A stretch of 62,938 nt of DNA, counting the filler, from Choristocarpus tenellus KU-1152 (lineage: Eukaryota > Protista > Phaeophyceae), in the NCBI GenBank assembly GCA_964200185.2. It is 10 parts of 10 records of this genome, joined end to end, with 100 filler letters (N's around TTAATTAATTAA, not from the genome) between each part and the next. Parts side by side here need not be neighbours in the genome. Positions count along the whole stretch, not along the records: positions 5,256 to 14,198 come from CAXNAD020004173.1; positions 14,299 to 17,089 come from CAXNAD020024728.1; positions 17,190 to 23,556 come from CAXNAD020008290.1; positions 23,657 to 28,003 come from CAXNAD020014993.1; 6 more parts are not named here. One strand, written 5' to 3'. The position numbers were made by a program, and so were the translations under genes. Shown here in pieces: positions 12,828 through 26,728 of the stretch (positions are counted from its first letter, which is position 1; each line of letters starts with the position of its first letter). Below the pieces are notes generated by a model. The model ran no database searches, had not been told where the DNA came from, and saw only the letters and a list, made by a program, of their open reading frames with translations.

Positions 12828-13619
12828 CCAAAAGAGAACAGGGGTATGTGAGTAGATGAATGCAGAGCAATTTACTACCTAGGCAACGTCTTGACCATGG
12901 CGGTCAAAGACCACTAATTTTATGAATATAGGCGAAAAATGCGGCAATCAGAGGCCACTTGTTTTACAGCTATAGAAGGACGATTCTCTCAGAGCCATAG
13001 AAGTCATCACACCCATGAAGACGACGAGTCCAAGAAGGAAAGTCCGTAGACAATGAATGAAGACCACAAACCCTAGTGGGAAAAGAAAATAATCTAGGCA
13101 AACGTTGGAAGCTACAAAGAATCCTAAGTGTTGAGGTGAATACGGAGTATTCTCTCCAGTTTGAAGAGAGGCGATAGGACCTCCATATTACAGCGCGCCC
13201 CTGAACTCACCTCCACAGGATGTGTAACTCAAATCCAATGACCTTAAAACGACGCTATGGGGGCGTTGCCCTTGGTAACAGTTTGTAGGGTGTCAGGTAG
13301 TCTTCTCTCTTGATATTCCACTCAGTGCTTAGCTCAAAGCTCGACTCAAAGTTTCGTTCGAGATAAAAAGGGACTGGTAAGAGGGTAGAAGTGTTTTCAC
13401 TAAAAGCCCTCTTATTATTTTCATCATCCACCCAATTTGTTTGGTCTTCTACGCAACTGCTCTATACGTACTCCAATCTTAAACCCTTTATTCTGCAAAT
13501 TCTTAGGAACTTTGACATTTTCTTCTGTAATGTGACGTATGCATTACGACTCTTACTCTATATCTTCTATGAAATCAGCATTCATTCTGTAAGGCTACCT
13601 ATGTTTTACTAATATCGTA

Positions 13620-13795
13620 TATTGCTCGCTCTTGTTAGTACATGGGAAACAATCCTCGCACTATACGTCTGTCACAGACGTTCGTGTTTGCTAAAACATG
13701 AGAAGAAATGCTCGCGCTATTCGCGTGTAACAAATGCTCGCACTTTGTTAGAACACAAGAAGAAATGCTCGTGCTATATTCGCCTATAACACAAT
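13620..13795. repeat. Diverged ~58-bp tandem repeat (about 3 units)
   Basis: Recurrent TTGYTARAACA..GAAGAAATGCTCGCGCTAT.CG..TGTAACA blocks. Confidence 0.55.
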
Positions 13796-14348
13796 AACTT
13801 CTCCATGAGTGGCAGGTATTTCCAACCTTCTATTTGTGAGGTACTTGTGTGAACAGGGACTTTTAATTGAAGCATATGTAGCAGTGCCAAGGGGTGACTC
13901 ACTGCAAGAGTGGACATTGATCAGCCTTCAGAGCCAATGTAAACGAGAGGTACCCAGGTTTTGTCCATTTTGCATTTCTAATCATATTTTTCATATTTCG
14001 CAATTCGTCGTTTTTTTCTACAGTTGAAGTGTCCGATGAGGAAGAGTGTGTTTCCTCGAGCCCGCCGAGATCATTGTCACTTCCAACGAGATTAACCCCC
14101 CCACCCGAACGTTCACCCTGGTCATTGTCTTCGACGTCGCTGGTGCTAGTTCCAGCGCCATTGTCATCGGTGGGAAGCCAATGGACTGGGAGGTCGAANN
14201 NNNNNNNNNNNNNNNNNNNNNNNNNNNNNNNNNNNNNNNNNNTTAATTAATTAANNNNNNNNNNNNNNNNNNNNNNNNNNNNNNNNNNNNNNNNNNNNAT
14301 AACACGGACAGTATTTCCGTTGTCACCTGACAAAAAAATTACTATCAA

Positions 14349-16880
14349 TTATCCCATTATCCTACAACACTTCAACAACTCAATGTTTCTCCCACAGAAT
14401 CGTATTTTACACATGAATAAAAAGCATATTCTTAACATTGCAAGTTTAGGGTATGCCTCGCCAAGAAGGTGCCATAGATTTAGGCGTATAGAGTACCTGC
14501 GGTTCCAAGGTTCGGGCTTCACGAGGCTCGAGAAGATGGCCTTCCTCGCACGGAGTGCTTCCACATGCTCGGGACGCAACGTGTTGCCTGGCTTCCCTCC
14601 ACGATCGCCGAGTTTAACTTGTGTGGGCTCGTGGACGTAGCATTCATCCCCGAAAACAAGAGAAACGGCCTCTTTCCCGGCCTTGATGAGACTGAACCCA
14701 TGGTCGTATATGACTTCGGTGAGGATTTGAGTTTGCACTCGATATTGCGGAGAAGCAGGTTTTGTTGCCAATCGTAGGAGCTCGGTAATGCACGCCTCCA
14801 TGAAGGCTTCGGTGAACCCCACATCGGATGCATCACCGGAGTCGGCCGCGTCCTGTGTGACGCAATCATCATCATTATTCGATGACCTTTGGTCATCATC
14901 GTCGAAACCTCGAGGTAGATGAACACAGATTTACCGCATATCTTCCCTTTTTGGCAGAAGCGAAGACGTCTGCAAAGAAGTCAGGTTCTAAAGTGCTTCC
15001 CCCAGGACCACGGGGCTGTTTGAAGGGTTTCATCCGTCCAGCACCTTCTCTCACCCTCTTGTTCCCATTTATCGTCCTTTTCCCCTTTCCCTTACCCTTC
15101 TCGGAAGGCTTATTCCTCGGTCTTGGGGTAGGATCGGCATGGGTGTGGTTCTCAGTCCGCCTCACAGTATCGTCGTCGATGTTCCCTGGCACCTTGGACT
15201 CGTCGCCGCCACTGCCCACCAAATGGGCGTTAGGGGACATACATGGGTCACTCCTGACAGGGGTGGACTCTGAGTCCGTGCATAGCCGCCCCCCCACGTC
15301 CTCCTGTACAAGTTCCTCTGGACCTGACAGAGCGTTACAAAGAGGTCGGTCCCCATATCTCCTTCAGAGTCATGTTCCGAGGGTGTGGTTGTATGCCTTT
15401 CCCCATGTAGAGTCCTGCTTCCCGCACCTACTGGAGGGTTAGGCGGTGGGTTATCCTGTTCCTCTTCATCACCTGGTGTGTTAGGTCTTCCACAAGGTAC
15501 AGGCGTGGATACGCCACCAGCTACCGGTGTCTTCGCCACCGCAAAATTGCAGAGAAGGTGGAGAATTCGTCAATGAGGAGTTGGATACGATCCGGATCGA
15601 GGTTGTTCCCGAGGGTGGTGCATGTGATTACGATGCCTCCTGGTCGGGTCTGGAGAAGGGCGACTTCTCTCTGGTGGGTGGCACTCGTTTCGGACTTAAA
15701 CTTGTCAAGGTCGTGCTCGGACGTGGAGTTTTTCTCTGGCGTGATCACAATGTTTGTACTTGTGTTGTTATCTCTGTAATGGTGGGGGAGTAGGCAAAGG
15801 ACGTGGCAAAGTGGGAAGGCAAAACAATGGGAAGAGGGGTTAGCCTTAGGAGTCAAGGGATGAGGTAGAGGTTGGTGAGAAGGAGTAAGCGAGGCAGGAT
15901 GGAGAGGAGGAGGCAGAGGCTGAGGAAAAGATGGATGGATTAGAGTACGTGCGACTCGTCCAACTTGGGCGGATTATTCGAGCCCATAAATCAGGAAGAC
16001 AAGTAGGACTTGTAACATAGGCTTAAGAGGATGCGTATAGGACTATAGTACATGAACCGTGACATAATTTCCCTTCTTTTGCCGGGTCCTGTCGATCGGT
16101 ACAACACAGCGAAAGTATGAATCAATCTGCTCAATGAGCAACTTCGCAACATATAAAATCGGAGAACCCTGCGACAATGTACGGTGTGAAACTGTCCAAC
16201 GTAGGTAAGATCTGTGAGGGTCTAGCTTGTGTGTTTGGTGTAGGGAACGATATTTGATGTTAACTTATGGCGATGTTGTACAATGATGTAATTGCTTGCC
16301 TGTGTGTTCGTCGGTGGTGTTCAGGGTAACGCCCTCAGAGTATTTGATGATGTCCAGGTATTTTGTACCTTCCTCCACATCCTCCTTCAACATGAGGTCC
16401 CTTTTCACCTGTAGATTTTATGGGGTTACATTAATGTGCGCGATCAGGGCGTTTGTTGTGAGGTGACTTGCTACGAACTCAAATTCGGTGGACAGATGAG
16501 ATGATGAACCTCACACTCCGTTGAGTACCTCCTCGCTCAGGACGTATTTTTTCTTTGTAGGACCCTCTTCTGAAGACCCTGCTGAGAAGTAATCGGCGTA
16601 GGGGTCTATCCCGAGCTCGTCTTTCCTCTTGAGGTCGTTCATGACCTGTACGGCGACCTCCAGGACAGCCCTCTTGATAAGGACATTCGTTGAGTGCATC
16701 GTCTAAAGTGTGCCAATTGGATTTTCCATGGCTGCAATGCCCACTCCTCCTCGGCCTGGGCAGCAGACGCAGGGTCTGGATCGCCGTCCCTTGGACTGTT
16801 CTTCTTCCCCTTTCCTCTTGTTCTCTTCTTCTTTCCTTTGTCCTGGTCGGCCGGTGGCCGTTTGTTCCGGACGCCCCTTA
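14349..16880 (-). pseudogene. Unidentified decayed multi-exon gene
   Basis: Chain of minus-strand protein-like segments (16511-16870, ~16300-16410, ~16030-16200, 15521-15780, 14896-15297, 14349-14822) separated by short GT/GC-AG-like gaps, with in-frame stops. No recognisable motif. Confidence 0.4.
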
Positions 16881-17306
16881 GAGTGTGGGAGAACGAACTG
16901 TCATGGAGAAGCGCATGGGTAGTGGAATGGTAATTCACATGCATGACAGGGGTGTCTGTCTCGTGAGGCACGGACTAGATGGTAAACATTGCGACTGTTG
17001 CAGAGTCAGCAGGGGGGTATATGCATATGCATCCATACATTGGTTGAATCGTCACAGTCAAAGATTGGGTTCAAAGTATCTTGGGGGGGNNNNNNNNNNN
17101 NNNNNNNNNNNNNNNNNNNNNNNNNNNNNNNNNTTAATTAATTAANNNNNNNNNNNNNNNNNNNNNNNNNNNNNNNNNNNNNNNNNNNNGGTGTAGACCC
17201 CTCCACCCCCCCAGATACTTGGCTCAGATAGGGGAGTCATATTTTCGTAGATAGGGGAGTGATGGTACCGACACCCAAAATGCAACCACTGACCACTGAT
17301 ACACGG

Positions 17307-17723
17307 AATAACAGACCGGTACATCATTCAAATAACAGACTGGTACATTATTCAAATAACAGACCGGTACATCATTCAAATAACCGACCGGTACATTATT
17401 CAAATAACAGACCGGTACGTTATTCAAATAATAGACCGGTACATTATTCAAGTAAAAGACCGGTACATTATTCAAATAACAGACCGGTACATTATTCAAG
17501 TAACAGACCGGTACGTTATTCTAATAATAGACCGGTACATTATTCAAATAACAGACCGGTACGTTATTCAAATAATAGACCGGTACATTATTCAAATAAC
17601 AGACCGGTACGTTATTCAAATAATAGACCGGTACATTATTCAAGTAACAGACCGGTACATTATTCAAATAACAGACTGGTACATAACTCAAATAATAGAC
17701 CGGTACGTTATTCAAATAATAGA
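17307..17723. repeat. 24-bp minisatellite, about 17 units
   Basis: Head-to-tail units AATAACAGACCGGTACATTATTCA with point variants and no spacers. Confidence 0.97.
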
Positions 17724-18267
17724 ATTTAAGAGAAACCAACATGACACACTACAGACATCGTGGTACCCAGAACCTTACTTGGGTTCCCATAATTTCTTAG
17801 TATAGAAGGGGGGGTGACATTTCTTGTACTAATCACAGAGCAACAAGGAAATGAAGTACTGTATGTGATTAGAATAGTAGTAGTAGAAACCTAAGATTTG
17901 TACACTAATGTTCTCTCTCTTTTACATCACAAGGTTAGATTTGTATGTCAAGATGAGGTAGGGACAGATCACCAATACACAATTGTCTTCTCTGGACACA
18001 AAGGGAGAAATCATTTATACATACTATGTTGATAATATTGTGGTGATGTCTTCAAATGATGTGTACTTAGGGCATGGTAACCAACAAGGCAACATCAACA
18101 AGTCGGAATTTGCACATCATTTCTCAACATTGAGTTGTACTCAGCACATGATTTCTGGTACAAGGTTCCTGCATCGAAATTATTTGTAAACCTTCAACAC
18201 CCCTTGAACCTTCAACCTTCACATACAAGTGTGTGTACATATTATTTCCTACTGTATTGTAAATTAT

Positions 18268-18532
18268 AAGCAAGAGTATCTTAGGGTTAGGGTACGAACT
18301 TTTCCCTGTTTGTCTATTTGGGGCTTGGCTTTCCACAGGTTTTGTTATTACATTTTCCTGCTCCGAAATGTTTTGGAGTAGGTAGAATGTATACGTTAGG
18401 AAAAGGTATGTCCGGAACAAGGTTATTGACACATCACCTAACAAACACGATAACCAAAATTTCATCAAAAGTGGAACATTGGATTTTGGCCCCCAAACGG
18501 ATGCGGCTCCACCCTCAAAGATACTTCGACTC
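18268..18532 (-). mobile_element. MITE family A copy
   Basis: Same TIRs and internal sequence in reverse orientation. Flanks TTAT/TGAT (4-bp TSD, one mismatch). Confidence 0.88.
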
Positions 18533-20069
18533 TGATATAAATGAGTTAATCAAGTCATGATTTGGCCGACTTGTGAAATAGAGTCAGTACAGGTCGTTCC
18601 TTGTCAGCATGAGCTGGTGGTAAGGTTGGGGCATGATGTATTGCCATCATTCCTACTTGATTTATGGGATATTTTATGTGTAAGCTGCTAGTTTGTGGGA
18701 AAGGTTTAGGGTTGTAGTTAGGATAAGTTCCATTCTGTCTTTTCGATCCTCTAGGCAGCTCTATGCTTCAGCGTTGTCAAGGTTTGGGACCAGGTCTCCA
18801 GGAACCTGTCTTGCAGTTGGGAGGGACTGATATTGAAAATATACATATGGTGAACTGAGGGAAGCACCACTTTCTAAACTTTTCCTTGCCCACCCTGAAC
18901 AACGTTGGCATTGTAGAATGCTATCCAAAACAAGTTGACTTTATAAGGGTTCTTCTTGAATTGGGGAGCAATATACTCCAAAGTCAGATATTTGAGATAG
19001 AATGTATATATTTTTTTGGAAGCATCGATTGAATAGCAAAATGTGAGTCAACGTTAGCACTACTGTCTTCTGTAGTGCTGTGAAGAAAAACAATATACGA
19101 GCAGAAGTTGAATTGACTCATATAATTTCGGTACACCCAACTACAATTGAAATTCACACAACTCACACAACGCCACACATAAATTGAGGCAAGAAAATTA
19201 CCTAGTTTTGCGAGGAACGAACACAGTGAGCACTCAAGTGAAAAAAAAAGTCATCCCCCTAGTTTAATTTCGATGAATCAGGACTCAATTCAATCATAGT
19301 GATTGAATAGAAAATTCACAACAATAGGCTTCTCAGAATCTGATCTTATCGACTGTTTCTTGTAGTGAGTATGCATGAGCTTTCGAGAAGAATGATGGAA
19401 GTTTGCATTGACTCATGGGCCGATGAGGGACACTTCTGGCCTGGAAATAGAAACAATGCAAAGATCTCATCAGTACTGCATTCAATCTCTACCTCAGAAT
19501 GGAAGTTCTCCACCTGTAAGACCGGTCTTGATAAAAGTAACATATCAAATTCTTTTTATTTGTCCTAGAATTAAACTATGTCCAACAAGCACCTTACATA
19601 GTCGGTTTCACGACTTCTATGGTGGGGGCTGAATGTGTGCAACATTTCGTACTTTATATCCTTCTTATTCCCAACAACTAATCCCTGCCCCTCCCCCAGA
19701 CATGATCCTTTCACAGTCAGGTGGTTTATAATATGTTGTACTTGTTGTGTGGCCATTCTATATCAGGTACTACATCGTCTGGATTGCCAAGATTGCAAAC
19801 TAATCTTGATTTTTATTTGTCAATCTTCGTTTTTACTATTCAATCTTCATTACCCCTATTGAATCGTCTACCCCAACCTTTTTTCATGGCCACCCTTCTA
19901 CTCAGTCTGACTTAGGCCCATGGCATGCAAGAATATTTGATGCACCCAAAGTGTGCACCGTCCCACCCTCTCTCCCCACCACAGCACAATTGCTGAGAGA
20001 CACATTCACTGAGTCGTGACTACGCAAAAAAAATTAACGAAACATCTCCTGATATGCTATGCGTCACAG

Positions 20070-22107
20070 ACGGTGAGATCAATATTTTCCAAGTCACCAG
20101 AGGAAAGAACATCGAGGGAGATAAGATACATATCCCGCAATATTCTTGGTCATCATGTTGCCTTTCAGCAGATGCCAAATATCTGCACAGATCGAATTGC
20201 CAGCAGACTGACAGACAGAACCTCTCGGGCTGGAGAGGTGGGTATGTGCAAGGGCGTAAAATAGCACTGATTGACGCACCTTGTTGATGTTTGTTGATGT
20301 TTGTTGGTGTTTGCTCGTTCTAGAGTGCGCTGTCCCAACCATCCCTATTTCTATATTTTAGAAGTTGGAGCAAGGTGCCTCCCTGCCTTCTCATCTTCTG
20401 TTCACACTTCTGTAAGCCAGACTTGTAGTAGGAGGTAGTGACCAACCACTAAAAAACACCAAGCAGAGGGGAGAATTGGGTGTGCACTCTCTCTTAATCC
20501 TTCCCTACTTGCCCATGCCCACACCACAATTTCCGCTGACAAAAAAAGGTTCTTGTGCAGCTGGGACAACAGGCAACCGAATTTCTTATCTTATTGACTG
20601 GGTCGGCCAGCATAATTGGGTCTGCAAAGGCAAGAAGATTTGAGAATCAAGAAGAAAAATCTTGTTGCAGCATGATTACTTGCCCTGTGTATCATACTTC
20701 TCTGTCCTCCAATATGTGTGCACAAGTCCACAGCATACAAATCCCTGTGCCTAGTTGGTTAGAGCACACATGTTTTTTGTTTGTGTAGTCCGTAGTCTAA
20801 TTGAGAGTGGATCTGGAGATTACCTCCAAACTGCTTGAACTTACCAGTCCGTGCACTCTCACAAGAAGCCTCCTTCTTGAGTAGCACCATCAATTACTCC
20901 AAAGTAGTACAATAACTGTTATCTCGTGTAGCAATAACAATATGCTTGGTAGTATGTAGAGTACTTCCATGCCTACATATTTGAGATGTCGATAATTTTT
21001 CTAGGGTGGTTCATCAAATGTAGTAACACATCAATAATGTTGCTAAACCAGGCTAAGATGAAACTAATCTTCTGTTGTGCGTGGCCTACAGAAAGCAAAT
21101 ACGCGTGCCACATTAAGGAGAAAGGTGGGCAGACTTGAACCCGGCGATGTGTGGGGAGTGCAGCACATGCAGAATGCATTGAACATTGAATTCTCAGTGG
21201 AGGCAGTGGAGACTTGTGAGGTAGGGAAAAAACGTTTAGGGTGCTATTAAGGTGTGTAGGGAGAGCGTTACCTAAACAAGAAATGACGATTCGAGGTATG
21301 ATAAGACATCTGGATGATCTCCTCAGTATGTTATGGACTTGGGACAATATCAAGTTGCCTTGGTATTGCTCGAGAGCTGTGGCAAGTCAAAGGGACTCCT
21401 CCAAGAACTCTGTGTCAAAAATGTCCGCACTTCAATCTGTACCAAGAAACTGTAGGATATGAGCTCTATGATAGACTAACTGTTGGGTTGGGGTTTCAGG
21501 GGCAGAATGCGCTGCTTGCAAGGTCTTTGTATTAACTGACCTTCTGCATGGACAGGCCACCCTATTCATACCAAAGCGAACCTCTCTCAGACCATCGAAC
21601 CTACTCCAGTGGACCTCCAGTGGGCCATTATACAGACTAGTCTGGAGAAGTACTTGTTCAAGATATTCTGAACAATATAGAGCAAAAACCGAGATACACG
21701 ATGGCATAGTTGCTGTTGCAAGGTGTAGAGTTGAGGTATATAGGGGAATTGCAACAAAAGCTCATACCTAGGTCATTCCACGTTTTGATAGTAAGGAACA
21801 TATGAGCTGGTTGTTATTGGGTTTTTTTGTTCCGTCCAAACAACTCCCGAAGAAGCCACTAATTTCTGGGAAAGTTCCAGTGAATCAATAGTACCCACTA
21901 ATTTCTGGGAAAGACTCAACAAGACAGAATCAATACATGCCTTCATATATTCGCACGTTCAGGTGCTGTATGGAAAGATTGAAAATTTCAGGGCTGCTGA
22001 GAAAAAATCCCCATGTTTGAAGCCTTTACCCTCCAAGATATCAGATATCCTTCAGAAGCCGCCTGAGCAGAGGACTCATCAGGAAGTGCTATTGTTGGTG
22101 AAGGAGG
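20070..22107 (+). CDS. Exons of a putative cyclic-nucleotide-binding-domain protein (partial gene)
   Basis: Splice-bounded phase-0 exons: 20070-20237 (TVRSIFSKSPEERTSREIRYI..RAGE); 20549-~20629 (VLVQLGQQATEFLILLTGSASI, resembling the cNMP motif GEVI..QG...FYIILSG; its donor would be GC); ~21556-21722; 21963-22107 (ILQKPPEQRTHQEV). Repeated KPPE.RT motif. Confidence 0.5.
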
Positions 22108-22396
22108 TAGGAACCTCTTGCGATGTGTTGTGGGCAGGAGAGGGGGTACAAAAGCCTGTAGGACGAATGCATCCTATTGGCCCAGTGTGCATGTAAGATT
22201 TAATGTTTGTTACAACATCTCTTGTGTTAACATGTCCCCTACCCACTCAATCGAACAATTTGAAGTACTGCATCAACAAATCTTTTCCATGGATCGCTTT
22301 GAAGCATTACTCAAACAGTGCTGAGTGCTGCTGGTATTGTTTCAAGGTTTGCCATCACTCATAGAAACAGAACAAACAAAGGAAGACTAAAACCAA

Positions 22397-22654
22397 GAGT
22401 TAAATTACCTTAGAGGGTAGACCCGCGTCCGTTTCGGGGCCAAAGTCCAATGTTGCGGTTTTGATGTAATTTTGGCTATCGTGTTTGTTAGGAAGTGTTA
22501 ACATCCTTGTTTCAGGCACAACGTTTCATAATGCATATGTTTTACCTACTCCCAAATATTTCAGGGTAGGAAAATATCATAAAATTACATCGGAAGCCAA
22601 GCCCCAAACGGACAAACACGGCAAAACTCATACCCTCACAAGATACTTTCACTC
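22397..22654 (+). mobile_element. MITE family A copy
   Basis: TIRs present. 3-bp TSD CAA. Confidence 0.9.
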
Positions 22655-23012
22655 CAAGTACTCTAAACCTTCTTTTTTTGTTTTTTTTTTCTCCACTTGC
22701 TTCGCTTCTTGCTTCACATCTCTTCCCCCGTGTTGCATTCCTTCTAACAGATACTATTCTACCTCCTCACCCCAAACCTTTCCATTCAACATTGATGATC
22801 CATACCTGGGAGGAAGATGAACAACAAGAATGGGCCACTGGATATTGCGAGATTTCGACGCATCCCTTCATGCCTTAAACAAAGGCTGGCCTCTGCATTG
22901 CTTGTAAAGGCAAGGGTTCTCACAGTTTGAGGGAGAGGGGGTTGGGGGGAGGGGAGGGTGCTCTTTCTTGCAAAACAGTAGGGTGGAAATGTTGATAGTC
23001 TATCCCGTGCTT

Positions 23013-23269
23013 GAGTCAAACAAAGTATCTTAGGGGGTAGAACCGCGTACATTTGGGGGCTAAAATCCAATGTTGCGATTTTGATGTAATTTTGTCTATC
23101 ATGTTTATTAGGAAGTGTCAATATTCATGTTCAAGACAAATATTTTCATAACGTATACGTTCACCTACTCCGAAACATTTTGGAGTAGGAAAATGTCATA
23201 AAAAACCCCATGGGAAGCCCCAAATGGACAAATAGGGTAAAACTCGTACCCTCTAAGATACTTTCACTC
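23013..23269 (+). mobile_element. MITE family A copy
   Basis: TIRs present, with a CAAA duplication in the left TIR. Flanks GCTT/ACTT. Confidence 0.9.
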
Positions 23270-25832
23270 ACTTATCTAGCCCAACCATTGCAAAAGCACT
23301 CCCACGTATCATCTTCTGACACAAACAGAATGGCACTATCCCTACCCCAAACCATTTGTGGCAACAGCATCTGTATGTGTTGGTTAGCGATTGAGACAGA
23401 CCCATGTCATGGCATCTCTTTGCCATAAGACTGAGCTGAGATAGATGAGGAAAATGTAGTGAAATGAGTTCTAACACACAGAAGATGTGTATGTATCATC
23501 GAGTGCGACCATTGAAGTACTTCTAAGTATCATTGGACCCAAAGTATCTGGGGGGGNNNNNNNNNNNNNNNNNNNNNNNNNNNNNNNNNNNNNNNNNNNN
23601 TTAATTAATTAANNNNNNNNNNNNNNNNNNNNNNNNNNNNNNNNNNNNNNNNNNNNCCCAAAAGAACAGCCGCCACCCCCCCCAGATACTTTGAGCCAAG
23701 AAGGGTATCTTTTGTTCCAACTAATAATTGAGGACATTATTAGAGCTCTACACTAGAACTACTGCTCCACAATTTATGTTTTCTTTCTTTTTATCTGAAT
23801 TCGTACTTCATGTTGCAGTTAAGAGTTTTGGCTGGTAGCAGTGTGATTACTGGCGTGATTAATGAAACTTCAACAACACTAAAATCTGCTATATATTCTC
23901 AGTACTTTCAAGTGCATACACTCAGGAGTATGCAGTACTATGAAGTAGCATTCTAGTAGAGGTGAGACCGACACCGTTGGTGTTTTTGTTGAGTGGTCCT
24001 GCCTAATTGTGTGCATGAGTCTTGCTATTGCAAAGACAATGCAAGTGCTCAGAAATATATCCTTTACAAGAGGTGTTTTATCACCCTACCCCTAGAGCGC
24101 TCATCTACACAGCATGAGGAGTAATTTGTACCAACTAAATTCCCATGTACTTCAGTGTATATATACGATAGAGAGAGACTTAGTGACAAACTTTGAAGGT
24201 GTTCATTCTTTCCATCAGTCTAACTTACAATAGAAGAATGTGTTGCTGGGACACCAACAAATCATGTTCAACATATTCCTCATTTTTTTGTTCAGTATTG
24301 CATTGGTTGGTGATTCTACCTACCATAGAGACTCAGTGGAAACCTTGGAGTTTGTCACAGTTGGCAAATGAACAGAATCATGCTATGAATTTATCTTGAC
24401 TGTCAAAAGAGAAAACAAGCAGGGGTTAGATCTTTGCTAGGGGTCAAAGTCGTGAACTTAATAATTAGGATGTGGTTGTTTGCTTCTGAATCTTAGTTTG
24501 CTTCTCCTGAAGTATCACTAAATTATCAATCATACGCCCAACTTACCTTATTGGAAACAGGCTTGGGTGTCTCAGTTTGAATAGCTTTGGAAATCGGCTT
24601 CTTTTGCACATGAAGATTTAATATTTTTCTATTTCAAGGCAATCTCACACCTATCAACTACCAGTACGGAGCAGGTAAGTGCACTTTGTACTTCAAACAA
24701 AACTGAAGGACAGGGGTATGAACCATGAAACAAGAAGGGCATCTACCTATCAGTGTTCCCTGAATGTCATCATCTAAGTGGAGGGTGTTATTGATGTTAA
24801 GGACCTCCAGGACTGCCTTGTGGTACATTCCTTCCTAGCACTGTGGAGGGTGCTTTCAGTAAAAAATAAGTTACACATAGTTGCAAATCTTCCCTTCTAC
24901 TCTATTGTCACACCCCTCACAAGGGATGTTAACAGCACATGAGCCAGGTATGGACACAGAGTGAAAATTGTGCAATTTTTGAGAAGGCCTTCAAACTAAA
25001 CCTAGTGCTTGACAGTATTGGCACTTCAAGTATTGTTACGGCATGCAAAAGAGTCAGAATCAGAATCAACACCCCTCTGAGATTATTTCACTTCCCTGCA
25101 CTCCATCTCACATTGTTTCTGTGGCTATTATTTTTCAACAACTTTACAAGGAGCACTTAAGTAGTGTAGAGATAGAAGGGTGAGGACTGTGTTCAAACAG
25201 CAACATACCAACCAATACGATGTCAAATAGGTCATCTCTTGCATCAATGGGATGCATTTTCCATGCTACCACTACCCTCCGAGGAATCCTAAGATTGAGG
25301 GGGGACCATTCAGAATCCCTTGGGCATTAAGTACTTTTACTAAATTTTAGGCTTCCTCTGATACACCATTCATGTGCCTGACATGCAGCTGACCACTCTA
25401 AAGAGGCTTTGGCTGTAGAGGAGAAGATAACTGTTTGTCCACATAAGCGCAAAATCTCTCTCCAGAGTGCTAGAAGCACATGTACCAGAAGGCTGTCACA
25501 GGGACCCTAATACTCCACAATAACCTCTCCTAGATAGCATGCCTCTCTGTCACTACTAGTGATTTGATATCAACCACGTTTCCTCCCTGTACTACAGCAA
25601 TAAAATAAAATAAACAAGACAAAAGCATACTGCAACATTCCTTTGGGAGGTGTTTTAGACTACTCCTAGAGCCCTATCAATCAATGCTAGTATTGGTTGT
25701 GAGGTAATAGATGGGTATCTTCTTAGTCACTGTATTATGTTGAGTGACTCTGAGTAAAACTTTCTACAGGACAATGCTTGTATATATTTATGTGTATAGA
25801 TATGTAGTATTGCTTCCCTGAACTTTGAAAGA

Positions 25833-26085
25833 GAGCCATAGTATCTTAGAGGGTAGAGCCGCATCCATTTGGGGGTCAAAATCTAATGTTGCGATTTTGA
25901 TGTAATAATAGGTATNNNNNNNNNNTGTCAATATCCATGTTCTGGACACACCTTTTCAATACGTATACAATTTACTTACTCCTAAACATTTTGGAGTAGG
26001 AAAATGTCATTAAAAACCCCTCGGGAAGCCAAGTCCCAAATGGACAAACAGGGCAAAACTCATACCCTCTAAGATACTTTCACTC
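25833..26085 (+). mobile_element. MITE family A copy (contains a short N gap)
   Basis: TIRs present. Perfect 4-bp TSD AAGA. Confidence 0.9.
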
Positions 26086-26728
26086 AAGAGCAAGTCCATG
26101 TCAACTATGCAGGAGGGCAATATCAAAGTATGGAGGATACATGTGTTTGAAGTGTGGCTTGTTGGTGGTGTAGTCCATGGTTTGTAAATCTTCCCCTATC
26201 AGGCCTTTACAACATTTTCAATTGTTTCTACATATATCAGAAAGCTAATTTTCAATCAAGCTTACGCCTCAAAGTGTGTGGGCAGTATCTTTCATTGTGA
26301 ATTGGACGTAGGTATTGCAAACTCGATGTTTTGGACTTGTTGCCTTCTGGATTGTATTTGATCTTAGGGGGAGACAAACTTCTCCTAGGGTAGACTGCAA
26401 AAAAAATATGTGACAGTACTTATCAACACCTAGCTATTGTATCCTAGCGGGGGTGTTTTTTTTCCATTTTGTTGTTTTGGGACTTCAGAATGTAATGGCC
26501 TGGTCATATGTCAAATTCAGGTAACCCCTACCAGGAGTCTGTGGTTGTAGAAGAAAATCCTGTGGATGGGTGATTTGTCATTGGATTAGAGGATGTAAGG
26601 GCTTGAAGACACAAACCAGGAAAGAGTCACAGAGACTCCTTAGCAACAACAACAACACCCATCTTTAGGAAGAATTGACTCACCAGTGCATTAGCAACAA
26701 TCTTCAACGCAAGGTGACTACTAATCAC

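Larger units (their letters stand above)
5256..12830 (-). mobile_element. Degenerate Ty3/Gypsy LTR retrotransposon internal region (gag-PR-RT-RNaseH-IN)
   Basis: Domain order PR, RT, RNase H, IN on the minus strand, with many stops and frameshifts. LTRs not identified. The 3' end runs off the contig. Confidence 0.93.

Noticed and set aside
12885-12915. TGGTCTTTGACC on the minus strand as the Gypsy primer-binding site, with a small TTGACC/GGTCAA hairpin
   Set aside because: No adjacent CA LTR end, no second LTR for comparison, and the tRNA match cannot be verified.
17307-17723. CRISPR array, or the 156-aa repeat ORF 17259-17729 as a gene
   Set aside because: Units abut with no unique spacers and there are no cas genes. 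The ORF is a by-product of a 24-bp period.
18124-18560. Recurring short ORFs with PKCFGVG / YPLRYFH peptides (also near 9601, 22485, 32456, 33169 and 60784)
   Set aside because: Translations of the non-coding MITE A sequence.
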